64,000 nt of DNA, taken from Thiomicrospira sp. (lineage in GTDB: Bacteria > Pseudomonadota > Gammaproteobacteria > Thiomicrospirales > Thiomicrospiraceae). Shown here piece after piece: positions 1 through 9,944 of the stretch; position 1 is the first letter of the stretch; every line of letters begins with the position of its first letter. Under the pieces are notes generated by a model. It saw only the letters and a list, made by a program, of their open reading frames with translations, made no database searches and was not told where the DNA came from. The stretch lies in assembly GCF_036568485.1 (NCBI RefSeq), contig NZ_DATCSL010000089.1, forward strand, positions 30,367-94,366, in the 5' to 3' direction. The translations under genes and the position numbers were made by a program.

Positions 1-586
1 CAGTATAAATGGTTTAGGCTTAGGTTTAGCGACCATGGCCGTTTTGCTCACCTCGAACATTTTGGTTTCGTTGATTCGTCACTGGGTGCCGTCTGAAATT
101 CGCATTCCGGTTTTTATTGCGATTATTGCGGCCGCCGTCACCATTATTGACATGCTGATGCATGCCTACTTTTATACCTTGCACGGCATTTTAGGTATCT
201 TTATTCCACTGATCGTCACCAATTGCGCGATCCTAGCGCGCGCGGAATCTTTTGCCTCCAAAAACTCGCTGGATAAATCAATTGTCGATGCGTTGTTTAT
301 TGGGATTGGGTTTACGATTGTGTTGGTTATTTTAGGCAGTCTGCGTGAACTGGTGGGCAATGGCACGCTGTTTGACCAGGCCTGGTTGTTATTCGGCGAA
401 ACCGCCCGCAACTGGACCTTGCATTTAAGTAGCGATTACACACCCGTATTGCTCGCGATTTTACCGCCTGGGGCCTTTATTGGCTTAGGCTTATTGATCG
501 CGCTAAAAAACTATGCCGATCAACGTCTGAAAAAAACCAAACTATTAAACATTCCGGTTGAGATTAAAGCCTCTTCTACCTCCTAA
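1..586 (+). CDS. rnfE: Rnf/Rsx electron-transport complex subunit E, 5' end cut by the window edge (frame starts at nt 2)
   Basis: The translation (…[16 protein letters not shown]…[18 protein letters not shown]…[11 protein letters not shown]) is collinear with E. coli RsxE. The reading frame is open back to nt 2. Confidence 0.85.
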   Translation, partial: SINGLGLGLATMAVLLTSNILVSLIRHWVPSEIRIPVFIAIIAAAVTIIDMLMHAYFYTLHGILGIFIPLIVTNCAILARAESFASKNSLDKSIVDALFIGIGFTIVLVILGSLRELVGNGTLFDQAWLLFGETARNWTLHLSSDYTPVLLAILPPGAFIGLGLLIALKNYADQRLKKTKLLNIPVEIKASSTS

Positions 587-594
587 CTTTTTAG

Positions 595-1236
595 ATGAAT
601 AAACTCAAACGCCAACAAATTTTTGATCGTTTAGCGCAAGCGATTCCGGAGCCGGAAACCGAGCTGAATTATTCGACACCTTTTGAATTATTGATTGCGG
701 TGATTTTGTCCGCACAGGCGACGGATAAGGGTGTAAATATCGCCACCGCGAAACTTTTCCCTGTTGCCAATACCCCCGAAGCCATTTATGCGCTCGGCGT
801 GGATGGTTTAAAAAGTTATATTAAAACCATCGGGCTGTTTAATTCGAAAGCAGAAAACATAATTAAAGCCTGTAAAATGTTGGTTGAGCTGCATAACAGT
901 GACGTGCCGCAAACGCGTGAGGAATTGGAAGCCCTGCCCGGCGTAGGTCGAAAAACCGCCAATGTGGTGCTCAATACCGCGTTTGGTCAAATTGCAATGG
1001 CAGTGGATACCCATATTTTTAGGGTATCGAATCGTACCAAAATCGCGCCCGGCAAAAACGTGCTGGAAGTCGAACAAAAACTGCTTAAGTTCACGCCTAA
1101 AGAACATTTAATGGATGCGCATCACTTGCTGATTTTACATGGCCGCTACACTTGCATGGCGCGCAAACCACGTTGCGGCAGTTGTGTCATTTTTGATCTG
1201 TGCGAATTTAAAGACAAAGAAAAATACGTTGAGTAA
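595..1236 (+). CDS. nth: endonuclease III
   Basis: 213 aa with the HhH-GPD motif LPGVGRKTANVVL and a C-terminal 4Fe-4S cluster C-x6-C-x2-C-x5-C (CMARKPRCGSCVIFDLC). It follows rnfE as in enterobacteria. Confidence 0.93.
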   Translation: MNKLKRQQIFDRLAQAIPEPETELNYSTPFELLIAVILSAQATDKGVNIATAKLFPVANTPEAIYALGVDGLKSYIKTIGLFNSKAENIIKACKMLVELHNSDVPQTREELEALPGVGRKTANVVLNTAFGQIAMAVDTHIFRVSNRTKIAPGKNVLEVEQKLLKFTPKEHLMDAHHLLILHGRYTCMARKPRCGSCVIFDLCEFKDKEKYVE

Positions 1237-1254
1237 ATCAAACATAACCCATAT

Positions 1255-1268
1255 CACCAGGCCTGGTG
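1255..1268. repeat. intergenic copy of the iterated palindrome CACCAGGCCTGGTG
   Basis: Exact 14-mer located 19 nt after the nth stop codon. Confidence 0.9.
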
Positions 1269-1287
1269 GTGAAGTTAAAAAATCTTT

Positions 1288-1902
1288 ATGCTGACCTTGT
1301 ATCTTGTTTATTTAGCCGCTTCGGCCGCCGCGATTATTAGCCCAGGCCCGGGTGTGGTGATGACGCTTTCTAATGCGTTGCGTTTTGGTTTTCGTCCTGC
1401 GTTTTACGGCATTTTGGGCATTAGTATCGGCACGATTATTGTCGGTTATTTGTCCGTCACCAGTTTAGGTTTGCTACTTGCGGGCTCAGAAACGGCGTTT
1501 CTGTTGGTGCAAGCGCTGGGCGCGACTTATTTAATTTACCTTGGGATCAAGCTTTGGCGACGCGGTATTGCGGATATTCAGACTGACCAAGCGCATCGTG
1601 GCAAACCCTTGCAACGCTTTATCGAAGGCGTGCTGATTCAATTTACCAACCCGAAACTGATCTTGTTTTTTCTGGCGGTTTTTCCGCCGTTTATGTTGCA
1701 ATCGCAACAGTTAGGCCTAAGTTTGCATTTGTTTGTGCTAAGTTACGGCGGCTTGTTGATTTTAGTTCATCTAGGTTATGCGCTATTGGCGAACCGAGCA
1801 CAACGCTGGTTGCATTCTGATGTTGGGCGTTTGCGTTTAGGCCGAGTCAGCGGCAGTATATTTATCTTTTTCGGCTTGCTCATTGCCTGGTCTGCCTTTT
1901 AA
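1288..1902 (+). CDS. LysE/RhtB family amino-acid exporter
   Basis: 204-aa multi-TM protein with a LysE-type N-terminus (ISPGPGVV…) and the FTNPK motif. Confidence 0.8.
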   Translation: MLTLYLVYLAASAAAIISPGPGVVMTLSNALRFGFRPAFYGILGISIGTIIVGYLSVTSLGLLLAGSETAFLLVQALGATYLIYLGIKLWRRGIADIQTDQAHRGKPLQRFIEGVLIQFTNPKLILFFLAVFPPFMLQSQQLGLSLHLFVLSYGGLLILVHLGYALLANRAQRWLHSDVGRLRLGRVSGSIFIFFGLLIAWSAF

Positions 1903-1928
1903 AATGAGCCATCCCTATCGCCAAAGGT

Positions 1929-1942
1929 CACCAGGCCTGGTG
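1929..1942. repeat. intergenic copy of the iterated palindrome CACCAGGCCTGGTG
   Basis: Exact 14-mer located 27 nt after the LysE stop codon and followed by CTTTTG. Confidence 0.9.
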
Positions 1943-1973
1943 CTTTTGAATTTAGTCTAAGGAAACGCTATTT

Positions 1974-2408
1974 ATGTTCACATCCGAACGAGACAAACTA
2001 CGCCAACACTACGCGGATATTTGGCAGAAAGCCCGCAACAATCAGCCTTTGGATGCGTTGGAACAGCAGATTGCGCAAGTGATTGATCAGCATCCTGAAT
2101 ATCACAAAATGTTCGAAAACAAACAGCATTTAAAAAATGAATATCTACCTGAAATGGGCGAAACCAACCCGTTTTTGCACATGGGTATGCACTTAGGTAT
2201 TCGTGAACAGGTTGCCACAGATCGACCCGCCGGGATTGCACAAATTCACCGTGTGTTAACGCTTAAACACGGTAGCGTATTAGAAGCCGAACATGAAATG
2301 ATGGAATGTTTGGCGGAAGCCTTGTGGCATAGTCAGAAAAACCAGCAACCACCAGACGAACAAGCCTATTTATTGTGTTTGCAACAACGCGGCGGCATGG
2401 CGAATTAA
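1974..2408 (+). CDS. DUF1841 family protein
   Basis: 144 aa containing HPEYH…GETNPFLHMGMHLGIREQVATDRPAGI, which is typical of DUF1841. Family assignment is from memory. Confidence 0.7.
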   Translation: MFTSERDKLRQHYADIWQKARNNQPLDALEQQIAQVIDQHPEYHKMFENKQHLKNEYLPEMGETNPFLHMGMHLGIREQVATDRPAGIAQIHRVLTLKHGSVLEAEHEMMECLAEALWHSQKNQQPPDEQAYLLCLQQRGGMAN

Positions 2409-2457
2409 ATCCACAAACCCGCTGACAACATTGAGGTCTAAACCAAAGGAATCAAGT

Positions 2458-2667
2458 ATGTTATTTAACCCAATACAACGCGCATTACGCAATGGACTAT
2501 TGTTAAGTTTGGCCGTGGGCGCCGTCGTACTTTGGCAAGGCGAAGGTTGGTTAACGGCGTTAAGCAGCTTTGCGTTTACCTTCGCAATTATTACGCCGGC
2601 GTTTTGGTTGTCCTACAAATGGGCGAATCATCTCGCCGCCAAAAACCGCAATAAGCCAGACCAATAA
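2458..2667 (+). CDS. small two-TM membrane protein, hypothetical
   Basis: ORF 2431-2667. I prefer the ATG at 2458, preceded by AAGGAA, over the upstream TTG. Two hydrophobic helices are present. Confidence 0.45.
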   Translation: MLFNPIQRALRNGLLLSLAVGAVVLWQGEGWLTALSSFAFTFAIITPAFWLSYKWANHLAAKNRNKPDQ

Positions 2668-2693
2668 TTCCGATTAATAAGCTTAAACCCTAG

Positions 2694-2713
2694 AAGCACC
2701 AGGCCTGGTGCTT
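2694..2713. repeat. intergenic iterated palindrome, extended to the 20-bp perfect palindrome AAGCACCAGGCCTGGTGCTT
   Basis: Lies about 27 nt after the stop at 2667. Its right arm overlaps the -35 box of the predicted btuB promoter by 2 nt. Confidence 0.9.
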
Positions 2714-2739
2714 GCAAATTTTCGGCAACCCTCTACAAT
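2712..2739 (+). promoter_or_regulatory. sigma70-type promoter for the B12-riboswitch/btuB operon
   Basis: TTGCAA (2712-2717), a 16-nt spacer, then TACAAT (2734-2739), just upstream of the riboswitch. Confidence 0.5.
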
Positions 2740-2747
2740 AATCTCCT

Positions 2748-2932
2748 TCGTTAGGTGCGCGGTTTAAATGCCGCGTTAAACGGGAAGAGTCGTACGAATC
2801 CAAATACCTTGGATTCAAATCGAACGCTGCCCCCGCAACGGTGATGGAGAAGACAGGTTATTAAGCCATTGGGTTTTTAAATCCGAGAAGGCAATCTGAA
2901 ATCGCTCCTCAGCCCGGATACCGGCCTAATGA
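2748..2932 (+). promoter_or_regulatory. cobalamin (AdoCbl) riboswitch
   Basis: Core elements are AAACGGGAAG…GAATCC…GCTGCCCCCGCAACGGTGA, then AAGCCATTGG…CCGAGAAGGC, and the B12 box CAGCCCGGATACCGGCC (about 2910-2927). They are collinear with the E. coli btuB leader and lie upstream of btuB. Confidence 0.85.
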
Positions 2933-3073
2933 GTTGTTAAACCTATTGCGGTGGGCAATACGGAGCACTTGTAAAATTTTCCTTGTAGAAATGCCTGAAC
3001 CTGTTTCAGGATAAGTCCGTTTTGCCTTCGTTCATAACAGATATTGAATCTATGAATTGAAGGACTCTTTTAA

Positions 3074-4840
3074 ATGCAAACTCATTACAAATTCAAACCG
3101 CTAATCGCGGCTCTCTTAATAGCACCAGGCCTGGTGTCGGCTGAAAACAGCCTGAACAATATTGTAGTCACCGCCAACCAAGTCGAACAAGACCTTGAAA
3201 AAGTGACATCCGATGTCACCGTTATTACGGCCGCCGAACTCAGAGCCAAACGAGCTAATTCATTAACGGAAATTTTAAATCAGGTTAACGGCTTAAGCTT
3301 TACCCAAAATGGCGGCTTAGGCACGAGTGCCAGCTTGTATACACGTGGTTCGGATAACCAACGTACACTCATTTTAATTGATGGCGTACGGGCGCAAGAT
3401 CCTTCCAATACCAGCGGTGCCAACCTGTCTGACTTAATGGTGGCGAATATTGAACGCATTGAAATTATTAAAGGCGCACAATCTGGTGTTTGGGGGTCTG
3501 ATGCGGCCGCTGGTGTCATCAATATTATTACCAAGCAATCAACTGACACCCAGATTAATGTTGAACACGGTGCCTATAACACTGGCAAATCGGCCATATC
3601 AACCGGTTTTAAACTCGGCGATGCGCGACTTTTCGTGAATGCCTCCCACCTTACAAGCGAAGGATTTAGTGCCCAAGCACCGGTTGATGAAAACATTGAT
3701 CAGTACGAAAAAGATGGCTATACCCATAGTAATGTGGCATTACGTGCGGTTGTACCTATAGCAAAAAACCAACAGCTTACTTTAGCGCACAATGCCACGG
3801 AAGCGCTCGCTAACTACGATAGCTGGGGGGCTCCTAACGCGATTAAACGCTCAAAAAACCGTACCGACCTAAGCCAGATCAGCTATCAAATAGCCGACAC
3901 CAAACTTACCGCTGAACAGTCCGTATTCAGTAGTAAACAGCTGGATGAAACGGCTCCAGACATTGTGCGTGGACAAACGCGCAGTTTGCAGCTAACCCAG
4001 ACATTTAATGATTTCTTACTGGGTGCCGCTTATAGTAGCAATGAAGCCAACTCAGACAAATATTCTAGTTTTATGGAAGAACAAACTTATACTCGTTCAG
4101 CCTTTGCCAACCACAGCACCCGCTGGCGATATTTAACCTTTAATGAAGCTTTACGTTATGACGATTACAGCAATTTTGGTTCAGAAGTGACCGGAAAACT
4201 GGGCGTTAAATTGGATATCACGACCCATCAATCTTTAGCGGTGAATTATGGTACGGCTTATAACGCGCCCAATATTATTCAAATACTGAATCCTTGGGGC
4301 ACCGCTAATCCCGACTTAACGCCCGAAAAGTCCGCAGAGGCCAGCATCTCTTATGCCCTGCACGGCCTAAGCCTTACCTACTTTGATAAAAAAGTCGAAG
4401 ACTTAATCAAATGGAGTACAGGTAGCCAATACCAAAATGTTGAAGGCACCACTCAAATCAAAGGCGTTGAAGCTGAATATAAACGTCGATTCAACGTTTG
4501 GGGTTTGGGGGTGAATTACACTCACTTAAACACTGAAGATGCCAATGGCGACCCGCTCGCCCGTCGACCTGATAACCAAATTGGGCTGGATTTAAATTGG
4601 TATCCAAACGACCAACTCGACATTAATCTAAACGGTCAATATATCGCAACCCGTGGTGGCGATGTCCATACCGCGACCGAAAACTACAGTGTTTGGAATG
4701 GCGTCATTAACTATCAGATCGATCCAACGGTAAGTGCTTATTTGAAACTGAATAACTTGTTTAACACCTATTACCAAGTCGTCGAAGGTTATGCCACCGC
4801 TGAACGCAGTGCTTATCTAGGTTTAAACGCTCGCTTTTAA
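3074..4840 (+). CDS. btuB: TonB-dependent vitamin B12 outer-membrane receptor
   Basis: 588 aa with a signal peptide, the TonB box NNIVVTANQ, a plug domain and beta-barrel, and a C-terminal …[10 protein letters not shown]12 riboswitch precedes it. Confidence 0.88.
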   Translation: MQTHYKFKPLIAALLIAPGLVSAENSLNNIVVTANQVEQDLEKVTSDVTVITAAELRAKRANSLTEILNQVNGLSFTQNGGLGTSASLYTRGSDNQRTLILIDGVRAQDPSNTSGANLSDLMVANIERIEIIKGAQSGVWGSDAAAGVINIITKQSTDTQINVEHGAYNTGKSAISTGFKLGDARLFVNASHLTSEGFSAQAPVDENIDQYEKDGYTHSNVALRAVVPIAKNQQLTLAHNATEALANYDSWGAPNAIKRSKNRTDLSQISYQIADTKLTAEQSVFSSKQLDETAPDIVRGQTRSLQLTQTFNDFLLGAAYSSNEANSDKYSSFMEEQTYTRSAFANHSTRWRYLTFNEALRYDDYSNFGSEVTGKLGVKLDITTHQSLAVNYGTAYNAPNIIQILNPWGTANPDLTPEKSAEASISYALHGLSLTYFDKKVEDLIKWSTGSQYQNVEGTTQIKGVEAEYKRRFNVWGLGVNYTHLNTEDANGDPLARRPDNQIGLDLNWYPNDQLDINLNGQYIATRGGDVHTATENYSVWNGVINYQIDPTVSAYLKLNNLFNTYYQVVEGYATAERSAYLGLNARF

Positions 4841-4851
4841 GGAACTCCGAC

Positions 4852-6339
4852 ATGACCGCCAGTTTAATGATTCAAGGCTGCACCTCCGATGCAGGCAAAA
4901 CCACCTTAGTGGCGGGATTATGTCGGGTATTGGCAAGGCGTGGTGTCAAAGTCGCGCCGTTTAAACCACAAAATATGGCGCTCAATAGTGCCGTTACCGC
5001 CGATGGGGGTGAAATTGGTCGTGCGCAGGCGTTACAAGCACAAGCCGCCAATATCGTCCCCACGGTTCACATGAACCCAGTATTGCTCAAACCCAATAGC
5101 GATACCGGTGCTCAGGTGATTTTACAAGGTCAGTCGATTGGCAACCTAAATGCCCTCGACTACCATGCTTATAAACCCAAAGCCGCGCAAGCGGTGTTCG
5201 ATTCTTTTCAAATTCTGTCAGCTGACTATCCGCTTATTTTGGTTGAAGGCGCGGGCTCGCCTGCTGAAATCAATTTACGCGAAGGCGATATTGCCAATAT
5301 GGGTTTTGCCGAAGCGGTAGATTGTCCGGTGATTCTGATTGCCGACATCGACAAGGGCGGCGTGTTTGCGCATATTGTCGGCACCCTCGCCTGCTTGTCA
5401 GCATCTGAAAGAAATCGAATCAAGGGGTTTGTGATTAACCGTTTTCGCGGGGATATCGCATTATTGCAAGACGGATTAGATTGGCTGGAACGTGAAACCG
5501 GCAAACCCGTTTTAGGTGTATTGCCTTATTTACACGGCTTACACCTTGATGCCGAAGATGCGGTTGGTTCGTTTGAATATAACCACGAAGCACACGAAGG
5601 TCACGAAGTTTTAAAAGTGATTGCCCCGTTGTTTCCGCATATTTCCAACCATACCGATCTTGATCCGCTGATTCAACATCCTCAGGTGGATTTTACATGG
5701 GTCAAACATAACGAGCCGATTCCGGCGGCGGACTTAGTGATTCTGCCGGGCAGTAAAAGTGTGATGGCAGATTTGGATTGGCTACAAAACCACACTAGCC
5801 ACCAGGCCTGGTTGCCTTATTTGCACAAACATTGTCGTTATGGCGGCAAACTTATCGGCATTTGTGGCGGCCTGCAAATGCTGGGCACACTGATTAACGA
5901 CCCGCACCATATTGAATCTGATCAAACCCAAATACCTGGTCTGGGATTAATGAATTACACCACGACCTTTTACCCGCACAAACAACTCATCAATCGCCAA
6001 GGTTTGTTGCAGCTACCAGGCCTAGTTGAACCAGTCAAAATCAGCGGTTATGAAATCCATCAAGGCCAAACCGACTTTAGCCAATATGCCCCCGCTATCC
6101 ATTGGCAAAACGGCGACACCGATGGCGCCGTGTCAGACGATAATCAAATATTCGCCACCTACTGTCACGGCTTGTTTGACCAACCGCAAGCCCTGCAAAA
6201 CCTGCTTAACTGGGCAGGCCTGGTGCAAGCACAAGCCTTCGACCTCAATCAACAACGCGAACAACAACTCAACCGTTTAGCGGATACGTTAGAGCAGCAT
6301 TTAGCGATGGATAAAATACGGGAACTCATACAGCCATGA
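4852..6339 (+). CDS. cobQ: cobyric acid synthase
   Basis: 495 aa with an N-terminal [10 protein letters not shown] nucleotide loop and a C-terminal GATase-like [10 protein letters not shown]. Confidence 0.92.
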   Translation: MTASLMIQGCTSDAGKTTLVAGLCRVLARRGVKVAPFKPQNMALNSAVTADGGEIGRAQALQAQAANIVPTVHMNPVLLKPNSDTGAQVILQGQSIGNLNALDYHAYKPKAAQAVFDSFQILSADYPLILVEGAGSPAEINLREGDIANMGFAEAVDCPVILIADIDKGGVFAHIVGTLACLSASERNRIKGFVINRFRGDIALLQDGLDWLERETGKPVLGVLPYLHGLHLDAEDAVGSFEYNHEAHEGHEVLKVIAPLFPHISNHTDLDPLIQHPQVDFTWVKHNEPIPAADLVILPGSKSVMADLDWLQNHTSHQAWLPYLHKHCRYGGKLIGICGGLQMLGTLINDPHHIESDQTQIPGLGLMNYTTTFYPHKQLINRQGLLQLPGLVEPVKISGYEIHQGQTDFSQYAPAIHWQNGDTDGAVSDDNQIFATYCHGLFDQPQALQNLLNWAGLVQAQAFDLNQQREQQLNRLADTLEQHLAMDKIRELIQP

Positions 6340-7142
6340 AAACATACCAATTAATTTCTCGACTATGGCTGGCCGCTTGCCTTCTCAGTTTCAGCGCAAC
6401 GGTATTCGCACAATGCCCGCGCATAATTAGCCAGTCACCCTATATCACCCATCAACTCGACTATTTAGGCGTTAAACACTGCATTGTTGGCGCAAGCAGA
6501 TACAACAAAGAACTTGCTGTGACTGATACCGGCGGGCTGCTCGACCCAGACCAGCAAGCCATTCAGTCGCTTAAACCCGACTTATGGCTCACCTCCGATT
6601 GGACTCCGCAAGATCAATTTGACGCGATTGAAACCCATATTGCTAAAGCCATTCGGCTCGAAAGTTTTGGCTCGATGCAACAAATCGAACACAACCTGCT
6701 TGATATTGCGCAACACTTAAACAATCCGGTTGCGCTCAAAAAAGCGCAGGATTTTGCCCAAGATTGGCGGCAAACGGCGAAAACAATTGACGGCAAAGGG
6801 CAAAAACTACTATTGGTATCATCCTGTTCTGGTTTACCCTATAGTTTTGGCTTAGATTCCTGGTTGGCGGATTTGTTTAACTACACCGGTTTTCAAGTAG
6901 TCGGTCATCAACAACGCATTACCCACCTGCCGATCACCACTGACGAAAACCAACTTCAAGCGCTGATTAATCAACTGCAACCCGATTTAGTGTTTATTTT
7001 TGAACGCAAACTCACCCCGGTTTGCCAGATTATGAGCCTGCCGCAAAACACCCGCATTATCACCCTAGACGGCACCGACTTTTTACAGCCCGCACCGATT
7101 ATGCTAAAAGGCCTAAGTCAGCTCAAACAACATCCTTGGTAA
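6336..7142 (+). CDS. periplasmic substrate-binding protein, BtuF/siderophore-type (Peripla_BP_2-like)
   Basis: 268 aa with a signal peptide (…SATVFA/QC). Its start overlaps the cobQ stop (ATGA), so it appears to belong to the riboswitch-controlled operon. The ligand is unknown. Confidence 0.6.
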   Translation: MKTYQLISRLWLAACLLSFSATVFAQCPRIISQSPYITHQLDYLGVKHCIVGASRYNKELAVTDTGGLLDPDQQAIQSLKPDLWLTSDWTPQDQFDAIETHIAKAIRLESFGSMQQIEHNLLDIAQHLNNPVALKKAQDFAQDWRQTAKTIDGKGQKLLLVSSCSGLPYSFGLDSWLADLFNYTGFQVVGHQQRITHLPITTDENQLQALINQLQPDLVFIFERKLTPVCQIMSLPQNTRIITLDGTDFLQPAPIMLKGLSQLKQHPW

Positions 7143-7283
7143 GTCAAACTGAAAGTGCAACAATCTTAGCCATAGAGAACAGTTTTGCGTGATAACTAAA
7201 TCAGGATTCTTTAGTGCTACTCTGAGTTGAAAAGCAGTAAATCATCCATATCTGTATCACATACCTTTTATCCTTACCAAGGC

Positions 7284-7727
7284 CTATTGGTTTAAATAAG
7301 GAGCCATTTTATTTTTAAGTAAGGTTATTTGCTTTCCAAGCCAAAATGTAGTTTCTTTTGAAACTTTAGCAGCCTCAAAATAATCAGGAGTTCCTTCCCA
7401 CTCTTTTCCATGTCGCTTAAATCCAATACTTTTGAATGACTCAGAATGCATTGTGTCCAGAAGTTCGAAAATACTGGGATCTTGTGAAAAGAGAAACTTA
7501 GATGCTGCTTTACTGCCAATAAAATCTCGGTGAACCTCTTTACTTACATCACCCTCAACGAGCTCTTGATAAAAGCAAAGTGTGTCTGAGTATACTTTAA
7601 AGCGTTTATTGTAGAGTTCCAGAGCCAGTTTTTTCCGGTTAATTGACATCTGTTGATATGCAATATAAGCCAAAAATACAGCCATTATTGCTGTTAGCAT
7701 AAGCTCTATTATTTGCGCCAAAGTCAT
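7284..7727 (-). CDS. hypothetical protein with one N-terminal TM helix (orphan)
   Basis: 147-aa ORF with a strong Shine-Dalgarno sequence (GGGGAGGTGGTGA-ATG). It lies in AT-rich DNA and I recognise no family. Confidence 0.55.
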   Translation of the reverse strand: MTLAQIIELMLTAIMAVFLAYIAYQQMSINRKKLALELYNKRFKVYSDTLCFYQELVEGDVSKEVHRDFIGSKAASKFLFSQDPSIFELLDTMHSESFKSIGFKRHGKEWEGTPDYFEAAKVSKETTFWLGKQITLLKNKMAPYLNQ

Positions 7728-7870
7728 TCACCACCTCCCCTTTTTTGTAAAGTTTAATCGACTAGGCTCACAACAGAGCCTCCCAAGAAACGAGCCTAGT
7801 TAGCTGATGAGCTGTGGGTATTATATAGAGTGATAAATCCGACTTAAAAATGCCAAGCATCATAATAATC

Positions 7871-8419
7871 CTACCAAACCAAATCATCCGGGATTTCGAA
7901 TTTGGCGTAATAATCTTGGTCTTCTTTCGAGATGGAATCGTCTTTATCTGCAAAGGGAATTAACACGCTTGCATCGCGCAACTCAACCTTTTCCACCGCC
8001 GTATCCGGGATCAAGACATACGCGCCGTCCAACCGCGCAATACGAATTCGGCCATTGATTAAACCCTTTTGAGTTTTAGCATTTACTCGCAAGGTTTTAA
8101 CCTGCTTGTCATCCGCAAAATTAAACGTCAGTTCGCCCTCAAAACCTTTTAACTGATTCGACTGCAAAATTTGTTTTAACTCCGCTTGCTTGGCCTTTTC
8201 GGCTTGCTGTTGCTGACGTTCTAGGTTCAATTGTCGGTCTTTCTCAGCTTTTAAGCGCGCTGCTTCAGCCGCCAGTTTTGCCGCTTCATTCTCTACTGGC
8301 TCGGCCTTCTGACCCTTTTTCTTTTTAGATTGCTGATACTTCTCTTTCTTAATCTGCTTGGCCTTATGCTCATTCACCAAACCCGACTTTTTCAACTGAT
8401 CAAATAACGATCCGGCCAT
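7871..8419 (-). CDS. DUF2058 (YaiL-like) protein
   Basis: MAGSLFDQLKKSGLV…, then a Lys/Gln/Glu-rich coiled segment and a C-terminal beta region, as in E. coli YaiL-type proteins. I prefer the ATG at 8419 to the GTG at 8425. Confidence 0.7.
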   Translation of the reverse strand: MAGSLFDQLKKSGLVNEHKAKQIKKEKYQQSKKKKGQKAEPVENEAAKLAAEAARLKAEKDRQLNLERQQQQAEKAKQAELKQILQSNQLKGFEGELTFNFADDKQVKTLRVNAKTQKGLINGRIRIARLDGAYVLIPDTAVEKVELRDASVLIPFADKDDSISKEDQDYYAKFEIPDDLVW

Positions 8420-8586
8420 CACCACACCCCTTCAAAACCCAAAATTATGCCGCCTATTCTAACTGAATAACCACTACAAGGCATAAAACTGAAGTTTAGA
8501 GATTTTTTTAAGTACACTTGATTAAATTCACCGAAATGGTGGCTTTTCATAAGAACTGAGTTCTGCCAGATACAATTCTCAATAGG

Positions 8587-8991
8587 CTATTTCAATATCA
8601 GGGTGAATGTGAAAAGAATAAAAGCGATTAGCATAGTTAATGTTTGAAATTTAAGGATTCCCCATGTTAAATATCCCAAGTCAGAAGACTTTTGTGTTAA
8701 CGCATTAAACTTCTTTTTAAAACCTTCATTTTCTTTTATTTCATTCTTTTTTATTTCGTACCTCTGATAATTGAAAAATACAACACTGAATAAAGCAGGT
8801 ATTGGACTGCATAGTCTTTGTTTATGTTTTTTTTCCTTGATTATCACGTTTTTATCTAATGCTCTTTTTCTAGTTAAAACTATATGGGATGTTAAACGTA
8901 AATCGTAAAGTCTTGACAAAGACAGTGTGAAGCCTGCAAAAACAGATATTCCGGTGAATATAAGACCTAGTACAAAAAAGTGACTATCCAA
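8587..8991 (-). CDS. hypothetical multi-TM membrane protein (doubtful, possibly a remnant)
   Basis: 134-aa ORF with only a TTG start and no clear SD. The DNA is very AT-rich (one 60-nt line hand-counted at 22% GC). The 250 bp upstream carry only stop-interrupted fragments. Confidence 0.3.
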   Translation of the reverse strand: MDSHFFVLGLIFTGISVFAGFTLSLSRLYDLRLTSHIVLTRKRALDKNVIIKEKKHKQRLCSPIPALFSVVFFNYQRYEIKKNEIKENEGFKKKFNALTQKSSDLGYLTWGILKFQTLTMLIAFILFTFTLILK

Positions 8992-9241
8992 TCGATTTCA
9001 TTGAAATCAATAACTAGCTTTGTGTATATGCTGCTTCTTTCTGACCAGAAATACCCTATTAATGCAATACCAAGAGTAAGAAGAAGATTGTTATGGAACG
9101 AAAGCTGAGAAATTCTTTTATCAGTCCAAAATCGATACCGCTCTTAATACTCTTGTCGCTTATCTTGTTGATTATCTGATGGTTTACACATTATTTTTGC
9201 CTTGAATAAATATGTAGAGTAAATTTAACCTACTTGCCCTT

Positions 9242-9538
9242 TTACGCCATTTGAACGTTATAAGGTGAAACTTGAAATGACGCTTTTTGTTGTCGTGTTT
9301 GCCAGAGATCATAGGCGTTTTGCATGCGTAGCCAATGATCGGCTGTTGGCTTACCAAAAGCCAGTTCTAGCCGAACAGCCATTTCCGGTGTAATAGAACC
9401 GTGTGCATTTAAAATCTTAGACAAGGTTTTACGACTCACACCCAAATGAGATGCAACATCGGTAATCGTTAAGCCTAAAGACTCGATAATTAGTTCTTTT
9501 AAGATTTCTCCAGGGTGCGCTGGATTAAACATTGCCAT
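9242..9538 (-). CDS. higA: HigA-family antitoxin (XRE-type HTH)
   Basis: 98 aa with the HTH segment [22 protein letters not shown]. Its start overlaps the higB stop by 1 nt (TAATG). Confidence 0.88.
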   Translation of the reverse strand: MAMFNPAHPGEILKELIIESLGLTITDVASHLGVSRKTLSKILNAHGSITPEMAVRLELAFGKPTADHWLRMQNAYDLWQTRQQKASFQVSPYNVQMA

Positions 9539-9816
9539 TAGTGATAATCCTCATAATTTACAATTTCGACATCCCGCCCATCAAAGCGATAAGTAATTCT
9601 CAAGTTTCCACTTACACACACAGACCATATTCCGCTGCGTCCACCTTTCAGCGGGTGCATAAAAAGCCCTGGCAAATCCATGTCATCTGGGCTTTCAGCT
9701 TGGTCCAAGTTGGTAAGGATAAGGCGTAGTTTTTTCTCATGCTTTTTCTGAATACCAGAAGTATTGCCTGAGGCGTAAAACTTTTGAAGTCCTTTATGGA
9801 TAAAACTTTTAATCAT
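9538..9816 (-). CDS. higB: HigB-family toxin (RelE/ParE superfamily, 'plasmid maintenance system killer')
   Basis: [14 protein letters not shown]…RITYRF…V.IVNYEDYH is typical of HigB. I prefer the ATG at 9816 to the upstream TTG at 9834. Confidence 0.85.
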   Translation of the reverse strand: MIKSFIHKGLQKFYASGNTSGIQKKHEKKLRLILTNLDQAESPDDMDLPGLFMHPLKGGRSGIWSVCVSGNLRITYRFDGRDVEIVNYEDYH

Positions 9817-9904
9817 GGGACAAGTGTAACTCAAAGGGTTACGAAATGCTATTTTACATTAATTAGATTAGTGTGGTCGGCTTTCAAATCTAGTCAAAAC
9901 ACGC

Positions 9905-9944
9905 CACCAGGCCTGGTACTATCACTTCACCACCAGGTCTGGTT
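9905..9944. repeat. two adjacent copies of the iterated palindrome (CACCAGGCCTGGTA and the variant CACCAGGTCTGGTT)
   Basis: Copies at 9905-9918 and 9931-9944, 12 nt apart. They lie at the right edge of the AT-rich islet, downstream of the SPFH gene stop on the minus strand. Confidence 0.85.

Noticed and set aside
7276-7291. ACCAAGGCCTATTGGT at the left edge of the AT-rich islet, as a degenerate copy of the iterated palindrome that would give the islet palindrome copies at both ends.
   Set aside because: Aligning it to ACCAGGCCTGGT needs indels, and it overlaps the stop codon of ORF 7284-7727. It is too divergent to distinguish from chance.
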